From Sphagnum compactum (taxonomy: Eukaryota), in assembly GCA_965153455.1 (NCBI GenBank), contig OZ234493.1, positions 23,488,213-23,552,212 on the forward strand: 64,000 nucleotides of DNA, written 5' to 3'. The notes below the pieces were generated by a model that searched no databases, was not told the DNA's origin, and worked only from the letters and a program-made list of their open reading frames with translations. Position numbers and translations under genes: made by a program. Positions 51,319-64,000 of the stretch are shown here, piece after piece (within the stretch, counting starts at the first letter, position 1; the number at the start of each line of letters is the position of its first letter).

Positions 51319-54283
51319 TGAGATGTGAAATCAAGTAGTTCATTCATAACTGAACAAAACGCAGTGATTTTAATTCTGATTTGTTACTTCTTCCTTTTTT
51401 GTGTTTTCTTGCAATATAGTTTGAATTTATTTATTGCAGGAATTTTTTTAAAAAAAATGTTACCCGTTATTACTACTAATTGAAACATAGCACTAATCTC
51501 ACACCTAGATTGGTCCTGAGCTCTTGCAATAAAGTTTGAACGATTTAATTTTACAAATTTTCGATTCTGATTTGTTACTTGCTCATATATTACCAATAAG
51601 AAAATTATGATAATATAGGGCCCTTTTTCATTTTCCATCTCTTCATTCTCTCTTTTCTCTTGAAATAAAGTTTGAGCAATTAAATTGCAAGGATTTCCAA
51701 TTCTTATTTGTGGCCAGTTGTTGCTAGTTGAGCTAATGAGATCTTGCAACGGCCCCTTTTGTCGGTCTTTCCTTCTTCTTTTTCTATTCTCTCTTTTTTG
51801 TCATGAATTATTTTTGATCTTATGTATTATTTGTTTCTAAAGAAAATACCTTGACTTTACCTCATTACAAAAGCAAAAGAAAATATACCTTATTTACTTT
51901 CGGTCACATGTACTAATTTTTCAGTCACATATAAAAACTAAAATCATAATCCGTTTTACATTTTAGACAAATTTGCCGACAATGTTATTACCTATTGGCA
52001 TTGTTGAAAAGGCAATACTTAATCTTAAAATGCACGGCACGGTCAAGTCATATGTGTGGTTACACGCTTCTAAGACTCTGGTTGCGCGCGTTTGCGGGAT
52101 CAAACGCCTGATCGACTCCTAAACGCCGGATCATGCGCCATTGGGAATCTTGTCACGATTTTGCACGGTAGTTGTCATCACGCATCGGAACCTTTTTACC
52201 AAGAGCTGTCGGATCGATCACAATTTTCACACAAGTACAACATGACGGTTAGTAGTCGACGGACCAAGGAATATTAGGATCTAGTGAAGTAGCTGGATCA
52301 TACCAGACAATTATAAATCCAGTATCTACGGAGAGAGTTATTATCATCATACCTTATGTGGATTTGCTCCAGGAATTTGATTACTTTGATCATGGAATTA
52401 ACATTGTTCTCGTACGATTGGTTAAGACCAAATCACTGTTCCGTCATTGGAGATCACTGGATATGTTTAAAACAAAATTTCACCTGAAAACCACTAATTT
52501 TTATATGATTGGTTCATGTGATTCAACCTAGGTGCACAGAGTTTTAAAATCTGAGTGAATTCATGATTTACCGCACACTTTTTTGTGGACAGGTTTCAAT
52601 ATTAAGGGGGTGTAACTTTGGAGTTGCATTAGCTGCATTTTGGAGAGAGCTCACCAGAGCAGCTAATTAGTGTTCCTAGAGGAAGCTTTGGCCACGGAGC
52701 AGTGACAACCAAAATGCTCTCAGGGATGAAATATGACGAATGTTCCAGAAAGTGTCACGTAGGTCGCAAATGATTCGAGGTACGAGTTGATTAAATCATA
52801 CGAACCAAGTCCGATCTCTCAAAACGGAGAAATTTAACGAAAGGGAGCTAACATCTTGACTTGATCGGTGTAGTTGACTGGAAGATTCGGAACGGGGGAT
52901 AAATCGTCGTAGTACTGTCTCGAAACTTGTGTTCCCCCAATAAGAAAATTTGGTACTCCGATTCCTTGCGTACATGGTTGGGTTTCATCTAATTCATGCG
53001 CTGCCTACATCCCTCCCCAAATCGTAACCTTCAGAATTGCCAATTTTCATTCATTCAGATCATCGGTATACATTTTGTCGACGGGAATATTCTGCTAGCT
53101 GGAATATGCGGTGGTCGAAACTCGAGTGCCGGCCCCGTGGACGAAATTGCAAGGCTGTTTTCGGCTGCCTGCAACCATGGGCAAGGGAAGTTCATAAGCT
53201 GGTGCAATAGCAGGTCGTAGATTCATAACCCTACGACCGGCTATCACACCAGTGTGTCGACCTGCCTCTGAGTACCAGAGAGGTTCTCTTTCGAAGCTCG
53301 ATATAGTGCCTCTGATCAGCTACTGAAATTTCTCTATTTTTAAAGTCCGGAAGTTTTGGTTACTAAGGATCTGTACTTATAGACTCTCAAAATCAAGCTG
53401 GTGGCATTAGGCAGTATCCACGCCTGAATTAAATTTCGCCCAGAAATTAGTTACGCAATTACAGAGAAGTTCATGATCATCGTTCTCCTCACTGCGCGCA
53501 CTCGCTTCGGCAACCAGTTCACACACTTTCTCCCATCAATTGATCTCAATATTATATGTGATGAAGAATTGTCTTGAGACGTGGGATAATCACGTCTAAG
53601 TTTCTCATATTGGAGAGTGTTTTGATTGGTCATGACCTTTTCAAGATTTGCTGTGAGGTGCTTCTGTAATTTGCAAGAAATTTTTCTTGAGCATATATTG
53701 CATTAATGGTTGTCGCTGCATACTGAGCTCCGTTTATTGAATCGATTCAGCTGCACACATGAAGTGTAGTGCTTTTGCAGGGAGTTTGCGGAACACTGTA
53801 CTACTTAGTAAAGTGGTTCATTCCTAGGTTTAGATGAGGAAGCAGAGAATACCAGTAACGATTTATTTGGCTTTCGTTTTCCGACAAATGATGCCATGAA
53901 CCTTGAGATGACGGAAACATGGCTAACGTCTGACAGTCGGTAAATATATTGCGTAGCTTTAGCATTTGCCTAAAGATTGGAGATCTCCTCTTTAGATTCA
54001 TAGCGGTATTTGCGATAGAGCTAGTTACTCCTGTCCGTGAGGTATAAGTTTGAAAATACTGTACCTCCTCTGGAGCGGTGGAGGAGCTTTCAACAGAACT
54101 GTCGATCTGGTAGGGTGATTAACCTAGTTTTTGCTTCACACCCGCGGGGCGTGAGGAGTAGAAGTAGAGGACCAGTGACTAGTCTCTTCAGCTTTACAGC
54201 TTGGTCAAGGTTTGAAAAATTCAGAATTCTAATAGTTTCGCAATTCTAGTTTACTAAACAAGTTTCTCAATCAAACCGTCGTG

Positions 54284-56404
54284 ATGTCGGGCCAGGTGAC
54301 GCCGAGCCCAAAGGTTGAAACGAATCCATTTCATATCGGGTGCCCCCGCCCGACATCTGTCTTCAGCTGGCTCAACCTGTTCTTCGGTACCGTGATCGCG
54401 ATTTACATTGTGTATACTCGGTGGTCGTTGTACAAGCATAGAAGAACCGCCCGGTGCACGCTTGTGTCATTCGGGGAAGGATGGGTGGCTGTCGGCATGG
54501 GCGTGGTGGTGAGTGCATATAACTATGCCGTCGCTTGCGATGATGCGCAAAACCTTTTGGTGGGAATGGGTGCGGCAGCATGCGCGATCATATCGACACA
54601 GTGGATTTATTACATTCACAGCTTAGACGCCAAGATGAGACGTGCGACTGTGTTGACGACGATTGGAATTGTGCTGGTCGCGGCTGTGCAGCTGGGCATA
54701 TGTGCTGGTTCCGTGGCTCCAGGGATACTCGGAGTTCTCGCGACCACAGCAGGTTCATTGTTAGCTTTCTACATCGTCCTGCACGCGGGGTACACGGTCA
54801 TGATAAGCTGGCCAACTGCAGTTGTTTTGTACCAGATGTACAAGGATACAGGGACCCCGCTCGATTCGGAGCACATGGGTACAGGCTTATTTGACAAGAC
54901 ATATTTTGCAATCACATGCGAGGCTTTTTACAGACACCAGCGACGCGCTGAACATTGGGCTGCATGCTTACCGCGTCGACATACGCATCATGAGTGCAAC
55001 ATTGAGGACCATGAGCATCATACACAAGAGCCTGATTGGATTCGGGCGATTCGCTTGTATGAAGTCACTGGTGACATGCTGGACGGCAGCACATACAACC
55101 AGTACAATTGTGTGGCGGTGGCGATCATGTCTGATTGGGTGACTGCATCAACTTACACTGTCTATGTGGCACTGAGCATAACCACATTGAACAGAGATAC
55201 ATTCAGTGACCTAGGAACTGTGTTCATGCTCGTTCTCGTTGGTTTCGTGACTGTCTTCGCGGGGGCGCTACACTGTGCGACCTTGATAGCGCGCTTGAAG
55301 GCCGGCATCACTGTGGATGCCATCAACTTGACGATTGGAAAGAAAGTGCATTCGCAGCTGATCCGTAAGTTGAAGCAGCATAAAGTAAAGCGCGTGTCAT
55401 TCTTCCAGCTTATGGAGGCAAGGGTCTATGTGCTCAGGAAGATGCTGATCAAGAAGAAGCGCCAGTCTACAAGGGAGATCGTGATAATGAATAGGCAGGA
55501 ATTAATCACGCATTCTATACGCTGGACAAGACGGAAGATAGAGAGAGGGATTGAACTGCAGAGGGGGGTAGGTGCAAATCATCAAGGATATCAACTCCTG
55601 CTTCTTCCAGCCAAGCTCGTACAGATGATCAGCTACGTGTCAGTGATACCCATGGTCATCATTGCTCACATCATCGACATGGCTGTAGGGTTTCAACGAC
55701 AAGTTGACCTTGGCAAACGGCACACGCTGTCGTACCCACGCCATGCAGAGATAGTTCATATGCTAGAATGGGCGACAGAGCTTGCGAATGTGCCTTGTCA
55801 CCAGTGGGAGATCTTGCTAAAAGTGTTTTACCAGCTTTCCCTCTGTGTGGATGAGATTAGAGATGGAATCCAGAATGTGCGACGATTGCTAAGGCCATAC
55901 TGTAGTCACAATCCTGCATTGACGGACAAGGTTATTGACGTCATAGTAGAAGCAGCGTCGGAAGGATGGTCCTTCCGCAATTGCAAGTACAAATCTATCC
56001 GCGCAATAGGCGTCGCGGTTCTTGAGTTGTTCCAGAATGTAGGCTTAGACGTTGAAACAGGACAGATTAATCAGGTACCAAGAATACGCAACGACCATCC
56101 TTCCGAGTCTGTCCTAAATTCTCAGGAATTAAGTAGCGCCTCGCAACAACCGTCGGGTACTAATGCATGCCTTGCTAGTGTAGACGACCTTCGTTTCAGC
56201 GTTCTCAATGACACCGAAGGCAGCAAGATTCGTGTGTCTAAGAGATTTGCAAGTCAGAGAGCACAACCACGTCGAAGTGTGAGCGCTATAATGAGAACCT
56301 CTGACGATCCTGAATCTAGCTCGGATGAGGAATCTCTTTCAAATTCTAGTGATTCTGATGAATCACCAACTGATCAACCACTCGTAGCTGGTGAGACAGA
56401 CTAA
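54284..56404 (+). CDS. Intronless 706-aa multi-pass membrane protein of unknown family
   Basis: Uninterrupted 2.1-kb ORF (ATG at 54284, TAA ending 56404), GC- and CpG-richer than the TE-filled flanks. It has about 7-9 hydrophobic segments, a His-rich loop RRHTHHECNIEDHEHH, a basic cytosolic-type segment and a Ser/acidic tail. Confidence 0.85.
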   Translation: MSGQVTPSPKVETNPFHIGCPRPTSVFSWLNLFFGTVIAIYIVYTRWSLYKHRRTARCTLVSFGEGWVAVGMGVVVSAYNYAVACDDAQNLLVGMGAAACAIISTQWIYYIHSLDAKMRRATVLTTIGIVLVAAVQLGICAGSVAPGILGVLATTAGSLLAFYIVLHAGYTVMISWPTAVVLYQMYKDTGTPLDSEHMGTGLFDKTYFAITCEAFYRHQRRAEHWAACLPRRHTHHECNIEDHEHHTQEPDWIRAIRLYEVTGDMLDGSTYNQYNCVAVAIMSDWVTASTYTVYVALSITTLNRDTFSDLGTVFMLVLVGFVTVFAGALHCATLIARLKAGITVDAINLTIGKKVHSQLIRKLKQHKVKRVSFFQLMEARVYVLRKMLIKKKRQSTREIVIMNRQELITHSIRWTRRKIERGIELQRGVGANHQGYQLLLLPAKLVQMISYVSVIPMVIIAHIIDMAVGFQRQVDLGKRHTLSYPRHAEIVHMLEWATELANVPCHQWEILLKVFYQLSLCVDEIRDGIQNVRRLLRPYCSHNPALTDKVIDVIVEAASEGWSFRNCKYKSIRAIGVAVLELFQNVGLDVETGQINQVPRIRNDHPSESVLNSQELSSASQQPSGTNACLASVDDLRFSVLNDTEGSKIRVSKRFASQRAQPRRSVSAIMRTSDDPESSSDEESLSNSSDSDESPTDQPLVAGETD

Positions 56405-57083
56405 TGTTATACATTGCATGATACGAACAGCTGCAGTAGTCGTGGAAGTTACTAGATCTCGCTACAAACATCCCGACTTCTGATCCAGATTGTACCATGT
56501 GTAAAGTTGTATAGTGTAACTGACTCCTAACTATTTCTGGTGTCAGCATTAATTTGTGTTCTTTACCAGATTCGATTTCGAGAATCCTTGGTTGAATCTA
56601 GATTTGCTGTATATTGACAAAACCTAGGGACATCTTTTCGAAATGTGGCCGCTAAATGTAAGTAAGAAAATCTTTTGTAAATACTAAATTACAGGAGCAA
56701 TGGCTCCATTACTTTAAGTTTGATGTTTGTTTTCCGATCAGTGTAAGATAAAAACAGCTACACGATAATTTTTGTCCAGATTTCTAGATTTCTGAACTGA
56801 CAAATCATCGAAGGTTGCTTACTTCAGAGGATATCTGTGGACCCTCAGAAGATTTATGGAGGGGATCTATTCATAAATTCGACCCATCTCTGGAGATTTA
56901 TGAAAGGGATCTATCTATAGGCAGCAATGAAGCTGCTGCGGGGCCCAATGGATCCGTTTATCTAGTCTGAAAAACTTATTGACTTAAGATTCCTCCCACT
57001 CCTGTAAGAACCCTCCCCTTCCTACGCCTCCTGATCTGCCTATGTTTAGGTTCATGATAATAACCTTAGCCTCGTGCTTTGAG

Positions 57084-60000
57084 ATGGTGACTGTATCAGA
57101 GATCTAGGTGTTCGTGTTGTGTTTGTCCTGGCATCGGCGGTGATCAGCATTCTGCTCGCTTTGCCGCATTGGTTTATCGTGTCCAAGGTCTTGGTCGGCA
57201 GTGAAGGCAAGGGCAACAAATGAGTACTAGGACCTTGGTCCTCCCTTTTTGTACTCCCTCGTCATCTGGTCGTGTGTTTTGTTTTTCAATAAAGTTTGGC
57301 AGGGTTACATCACTCGATTGTATACAAGGATGGCGTCTCCGAGGCGAGGTGGTTGCCAAATGCCCCGCTCGGTCCAAGCGGCCATTTTGAAAGGTATGAA
57401 AGCGACACGCATTCTTTTGTGCGTCGTTCGCTGGCACGGAACAAGAGGTGCAATCATGTCACATCGCGTGTATTTTCTATTGGCTTTTCTTTTTTCTGCA
57501 AACCGTCTTATGAAATATGTCTGTTTTGGCTGACATTGTGCGAATGGAAAGAAAGGTGTGGAAGGAGTTCTTGATCGATTTTCAACTTTAAAAACTGCTT
57601 GATTTCAGTTGGGTTAATCTGTCTCTATTTTCTTTATTTTTCGCGATTCGTAAGAGGATCAAGAAGATTGGTAAGTTGTACAATAGTTCCTGCCAAGGTT
57701 TTAGTATTGGTCGCAGTCGGAACTTGTCACCATATAGAGGTTTGTTGAAGAATGAACAGCGGTGTGCTTCGTTGAAGTCAGTGATTTGCTTATACGCAAT
57801 GGTAGATATCTTCAAACTTTGTAGAGCAGCAAGTCTATTGTTGAGAACTTGTGTTTCCAGATGTCATGTCTGTCGGTCTATTTCTGTTTCCATATCTTTC
57901 ATATGCTGTTGATTGAGATATTAAATTTCATACTTGGTAGTCTAACAATTGTCACAGATGTCAGACAGAAGCTCTTATAGTTGTCTCCTATCAGATGGCT
58001 TGTTTACATTGAAGTGGTGTCCAGCATCTAATCTCTCATCTACATTTGCAAGTGTGATCAAGTTTCTTGTTGACTTGTGTTGTCATTGAAGAAGATTGAG
58101 TTCATTGTCTCTTGATTTGCAAGAGCTAAGTCATTCCTGGCAATAGAGTACCAGTACCGGGATGTGAACATATTCTCTATGATCATCTTTGTCTTCCAGT
58201 CAGTCACTTGTTGGAGGATTGAAGTGGGAGAGAGAGTTCCTTGTGAATATGAAACTGCTCAGGAATGTCCTTCCACTATTGCTTATGCCCTCTTCACCAC
58301 TATGGCATTCATTCTTGGAGCCCTCATATCAACCCTCTCACGAAAGCTAGGGATGAAGATTGCAACTTATGCAAATGCAAGGTCAACATTTGAAGCATGC
58401 AGACGAGTTCAAAAGGCCTTCAAGGTTGCTTTCCAGTCTGGTTCAGTGATGGGCTTCTTGCCCACTGCAATCTTGTCTGTCAAATTATTTTTCAAGGATG
58501 ACATGGTCTATATGAGGCCATTACTGGTTATGGTCTTGGTAGATCCTCAGTAGCTCTATTTGACCTGTAAGGGTATGGGCACTCCTGAGAATTCCAGTAC
58601 TTTTGTTTTCCCTTGGTTCATAACAACATCCATCTTTGAGCTTGCATTTCCAAGATCTCCTTTGCTTTGCCCAAGGAAACACTTTCTCAAGAGGGATTGC
58701 ACATATCATTTTTTCCTATTCTTACATTCAGATGATGTGTGAGACCTGGAGGGATGTAGGTTCTCTAATAGCTCAATGTGATTGCTGTTTTCTAATGATT
58801 TGAGACTGTGATCTGTGTGTTCTTTAAACCAAAGTGGAAATGTAATATATGTCCTTTTGACTAGAAAGAGCCTGAAAATACAAAATTAATCTCTTAGTAT
58901 GACTAGAATCTGTAATCTGCTTCTATGAGTTTGGTTGTACTGAACTGATGTGTCCACCTCCACAATGTATGGAGGATAATTGTCTCTTGGACTGAACAAC
59001 TTATTGCTGATAATGTGGGAGACAATGCAGGCTGGATATTGTGCATATGGGAGTTTATTTGTTTGGATCATTTTGCAGTGTCAACTTGTGTTGTCCTTGT
59101 GGTTTCATCATCTCATTCTTTGGCACAGACAAGAACTTTCTGGCTATGAGCTTCCCTCTTATTATCTGTGCTGCTGGCATTTTTGTGTGCCTCCTTGCAA
59201 CTCTGGTTGCTACGAACTTGTTCAAGTTATGAAAGGGGTGAAGTAAATTGAACCCAGGCTCAAGTATCAGTTCCAATGATCTCCACTATTGATGACCATT
59301 GCCATTTTCTTGGTATCGTGGTATGCACTGCCTGAGACATTTTCATATCAAAGTTGTCAACCCAAGGTTGTCAAGAACTAGTGAGTATTCTTATTTGATT
59401 CTTAAATCACAATTCTAAACTTGCACACTATGCTTTGCTTTGTTTGTACAAGTTTCTGCCATTTGAGGCTTGGGCTGCTTATGGGCTCCATTTACAAGCA
59501 TATATTCCTCTGTGTTAGATCAGGCTAGTCTCATCACTGGTTTTATCACTGAATACTTCACCAACAACACACATTGGTAAGGATCAAGAGTTGTGCTCTT
59601 CAAATTTGTGCTTGTTTCAAATACTTGTGCTTAAAGGACCATATGTTATACAATGCAGGAGGCCCTCAACCACGACCCTCTATGTAGGCCTTAGGCTTTA
59701 GATTCTTGCTTGTACAGCCCAGATAAAATCAAAGGAAGTTTACCCTTACAAGCTTGTTAATGCAGCTTAATTGAAGATTGTCTTGACTTCGTATTAGCTA
59801 TGTCTTTTCAGAATTGTGAGAGCTAACAAAGTCAGTAGGGTGTAATGGCAGCAAGTCACATCATTCATGATGAAGGTGATGGTCTAAGACTTTGTGGGTG
59901 ACACCCACAAGATTATGACTGCCCTCCTTTCTTCTCTTTTTGTTTGGTTTTGGCAGAACAGACATAATCTAGTTACCTTCTGAGTGTTGCTTTGGATTTT

Positions 60001-60575
60001 CTCTGCAATCTCATGGGTGTATTATCTTACATTTGTAGTTTCTGCCATCATTCTCTGTAGATTTGGCTAATGTCCTAGGGGCATTTATTACCCACATTCT
60101 TGAAGTTTGTTGTTATCTTGGTACACTACATAATCTCAATTTCTCACTTCTATTACTGAATTCGTCATTCAGTAGGTGCCATTTCGTCGAGGTTCAGAGT
60201 TTTCACATTTTAATGGAGCATGTGTGTTTTTTTGCCTCAATCAGACCTGTGCAAGACGGGGCAGACTTTGAAGAGCAGTAGCTGCCACAAACATTATCTT
60301 TGGAAACTGGCTTTGGGCTACAAGTCTGTCATCATTCCAGCGTTCGCAAATCCTGCAGCCATTTATTTGAGTTTCAGTTTAGCTGACATGTATGACATCA
60401 CTGTTGCTGCTCATGGAGTGTTCAGCGCACAGGCAACAGGTCTTGCTATTGATGCTTATATGGTCTTATCAGTGACAATGCTTGTGGGGTTGCTGAAAGG
60501 GCTGCTATGAACCTCCATGAAGTCCATGAAACAACTTATGCATTTGATGCTGCTGGGATCACATCTTCCATTGGG
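57084..60575 (+). pseudogene. AVP1: Vacuolar H+-translocating pyrophosphatase (type I, AVP1/VHP1-like) pseudogene, intron-containing and 3'-truncated
   Basis: Exon remnants VFVLASAVISILLALPHWFIVSKV; DGVSE..VVAKC; LGMKIATYANARST..KAFKVAFQSGSVMGF; LYEAITGYGLG; IADNVGDN; GFITEYFTNN; PVQD..AATNIIFG-LALGYKSVIIP; ATGLAIDAYG-ISDNA; DAAGITSSIG. Multiple frameshifts and stops. Confidence 0.93.
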
Positions 60576-61902
60576 ACTTGAGAACATTGCAAAAGACATA
60601 TATAAGTGTTCTGACATGACTAAACCTTTACATGGAAGTCATTATCAATTGCATGGCATGCATCAAACTACAATTTCAGTCTCCAAAGTTCTGGGCAGAT
60701 CTGGAAATCTCTTATTATCTCAGTATCCTTCCAATTGAAAGATCCCATCCAAAAAATGCTTTGCAAAGTTTAGACACAGAACAGCTTCAGAAATTGCACC
60801 ACTCCTCAAGACATTTTTTATTGAATTCCACAAATGCCAGGCACATTTGATTGCTTGTCTTCATGCACACATCCATTCCACATAAGTGTCAAGAAACAAC
60901 TACAATGTGAAAACATAATCACACAATACTAATATTATCCACAGAAATTAACTTCTCCACATAATAATGTCAAAACAATGTTTTTGTTACTGTGAGGAGC
61001 ATATGAGGGTGAAGATGAAGCTCACAAGACAAAAACATTTATCAAGAGGTGTTATTTTGAAAAAGTTAGATTTATTCAGTGCTGTCTCTATTAAAGATTT
61101 GTTAGAGATAAGTCTATTGTGTTCAAGAAAGTCTAATGGTCTGCAATGTTTTGGAATACTCAGAGTAGAACCTTGAGATCTAACATTAAAGTTCAACCAC
61201 ATGATGCTCAAAAGATTGGCTCCATGTGCTGGTCCATGAGCTACAAAGACCCAAGTCAATCAGGCTCAACCTTTATGCTAGAATGAGACAGGGGAATGCA
61301 ATGATATGACATTGGGTTAATCTGTATCAAAAGCTTGGGAACTCGAGGAAAGTGGAATATCACTTTTAGTTCTTTAAACAAAATTGAGGGTCTGGATGCT
61401 GTAACCCAACAGCTTTGGAAACCGCCCAGAACAGAGATCAACACTTTTAGTATTTGGCAGTATGCCATTTCAGTGACTGTAGAAAGTTTTCCAAGATGAA
61501 GCATGCTGTGAGACACATAGCACCTAAACATCAGTCAATGACAAGGATGTTCTGATCTAAGGTAATCAGATGCATGTATGCATCAATGAAGATCTCTAGA
61601 GAGCTTCTAGTGTCCCCAATCTTGCACCTTCAGTTTTCTGCAAGTGGGAAAATAATTATGGATATTCCACTGCAAGTTTAGATGCAGAAGAGAGGCTGCA
61701 CATCTCCACGGAACTGGCAATGAAATACGTGGCACAAGACTTGTACCCGCAATAAAACTGAAGAACCCAGACTACAATGGTCTTCCTCCTTTCCAACATG
61801 AAAAGAGAAACAGTTGTAGATTGGTAGAAGAGCAGAAGGTGCAGCTCACTTGCAATGGCAAAGGGCAAGTCAGGTATTGTATGAGGCAAAAGAGTCAACA
61901 TC

Positions 61903-63731
61903 CTAGTCAGACTCCTCTTCATCTGAGGTTTCATTCATATGACGGGCATGTTTCTTGCCCCTTAAGTGTGCCACAAGATCATTTTTGGAAATATTCTTAA
62001 CATTGCAGAGCCTGTAATACACAAAAGAAAGTTCACACTCAGCTCCTGTAATGACCAAACAGCTTGCCTTCTCAAGGAATTGATAAGCATGTGGATCAAC
62101 TGTTGCAAAACAGGGTAACCTAGTGATAATCCAGCAAAAATCTCATATTGTAGAAGGGATAATAATGAAATCTTAATTGACAGGTAGAAGCAGCTTACCT
62201 GCAGTGGTACAATTTTCCTGGAACATGACCAATCAAATCTTTCTTCTCAACCCGAAGCATTTGAGCAGTATGTTTCTTTCCTCTGAAGTGGCCCCGGAGA
62301 TTCTTCTTGCAGGTACAAAAGATATCACATAGGCTGCAAGCTACATTACATATGGTGTTATACGGTCCCACAATTCTTCAAAGACTGTCACGTCGTTGCA
62401 GTTCTTTTTTAGTTTTCCTGAAGCTTTTGCTGAGAACCAAAGTCATTTGACTTTGTCTTAGACTATGATAGCATTCATTTTACACTGGCAGAAATAAAAT
62501 TGTTGTCGCTATAATTTTTTGACAAACAAGACATTTCTCCTCTAAGAACCTTCTGTAGTATGAAGTTCGTTGCAAGCTCAAGAATGAACTGCAGAGCCTA
62601 GGAGTAAACAAGTTTGTTGTTGTAAGTCCTTTATGATACATTTGTTGACATTTATATTACTATGTTTCAAGATGCAAATCACCTTGCGCCAGGATGAACA
62701 TTCTTGTATTTGTCAAAAACACAAAGGAACTTGAGGAGTGCTTTGGAGATGGACAATTATAATTTTAAGCATGTTGACTTTACCTGCAAACGAATTGGAA
62801 CTGGGCTTGTTGTGGCTGGTTATGTTGTGATGATGCTTGACTGACTGTTGGAACCTACATGAGAAGAGCTTCAATCTGTTGTAAATGAACATTACCAGTT
62901 CTACAAAAGAGGAACTGCCCCTTGCTAGAACTATTCATGGTTTTGATGACAACAATATGGAAGTACTCAGAGCCTTCATGGGCATTCACAGAGAATAGAG
63001 GTGGAACAACTCAAAACTATAGTAGCTAACTCTAGAGGTGGAGCCATAATAGCTGCATAGCTCAGATGATCAAGGGGGTGCAGAATACTCCTGATGAATC
63101 ATCCACACCAAAAGCCTAATTTGATTTCAGAGTTCAAATGGGCAGAGTTTTTGAAATAGCTACCTGGACTGAAGTGTTGGTCTGGACTTGATCAGAAACT
63201 TTGTACTCATACCGATGAGGAACTGAAAGGAGAAAGCACGATTGTCAAGTAGAAAAGTGTCAACTCTTGTCCATGTTCTGCCGTACACTCTTGTTCTTAA
63301 TTGTCCATTGGCCTTCATTGCTCACCATCTTCCAGGAGCCCATGATATCCAAGAGTTGTTTTCCAGTCTTCATAAGAGTCCTTGTTGGCTCACTATTGTC
63401 TGAGCTAACAAAATTGCGAACGAAAACCTAATATTTTGACGGCTGCTTGAAAATATTGCATGTACGAGAGTTTGGCAATACCATTATGATGACCAGCATC
63501 GGTGTGCACAACCACTCCTTTTGCTGCAGCAATTATTCGCACGGCATCTCCTGGCAAAATACCTGCATCCTCAACCAGATCTTGTTTTGTCGCCAGCTTG
63601 AGAACATTAACATCGTCATAATGCATTGCAATCAGCCGTGCAAGACATATCTCAGTGCGTTGATCATCAAAACCATCGATGCCCTTCAAGAAATCTTTCA
63701 GGCGGAATAGATTCACGGCATGTACAGCCAT
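61903..63731 (-). pseudogene. Disrupted multi-exon gene: N-terminal SAM-like domain plus two U1/matrin-type C2H2 zinc fingers
   Basis: ATG at 63731 opens ...LKLATKQDLVEDAGILPGDAVRIIAA (SAM-like). Fingers are CSLCDIFCTCKKNLRGHFRGKKH and YHCR|LCNVKNISKNDLVAHLRGKKH, joined across a GT-AG intron (62012-62198). In-frame TGA at 62378-62380 and stops after 63405. Confidence 0.7.
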
Positions 63732-64000
63732 GATACGCAGACCTGGTGCAATCAATATCAAAAGCAAATTAGTTGAATTTAACAAATTCAGCTGTTGTAA
63801 GGAGCAGCACCATAATTGCTAATTGCCAAACCATGCATTGCTGAGAAATGTGTCCAGTGCAAATTAACATCATCCCCACAAACTTTGCAGAATGTTTTTC
63901 TTGCTTCATTATGCAGGGCAAGTAAACTTTCCTGAGTCTAGTACAAGAGATTCGCGTTTGCCTGGAAACCTACACGCCCCGAGCCCTACAGTGGCAGTGT

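Noticed and set aside
54254-55142. Short alternative-frame and antisense ORFs within the 706-aa gene
   Set aside because: Expected shadow ORFs of a GC-rich CDS.

Overview
AT-rich eukaryotic (land-plant) nuclear DNA with GT-AG introns. The repeat families and gene fragments suggest a moss, probably Sphagnum-like; this is an inference, not a database result. About 80% of the window is nested, decayed transposable elements. These include a Ty3 gag/LTR remnant, several CACTA elements, two hAT transposase remnants, hAT-type MITEs, short Helitrons, an internal LINE fragment, a Ty1/copia 3' end and a solo LTR. A large CACTA element (TnpD at ~34.4-38.7 kb, terminus at 45432) appears to carry intron-containing fragments of the SWR1-family H2A.Z remodeller PIE1. 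In that copy the central ATPase is deleted and replaced by a short telomere-repeat patch, and a solo LTR with a 5-bp TSD sits inside the helicase-C region. The only long intact ORF is an intronless 706-aa multi-pass membrane protein with no family I can recognise (54284-56404). It is followed by a disrupted vacuolar H+-pyrophosphatase (AVP1/VHP1-type) pseudogene and a convergent, disrupted gene encoding a SAM-like domain plus two U1/matrin-type zinc fingers. I found no rRNA, intact tRNA or CRISPR features.
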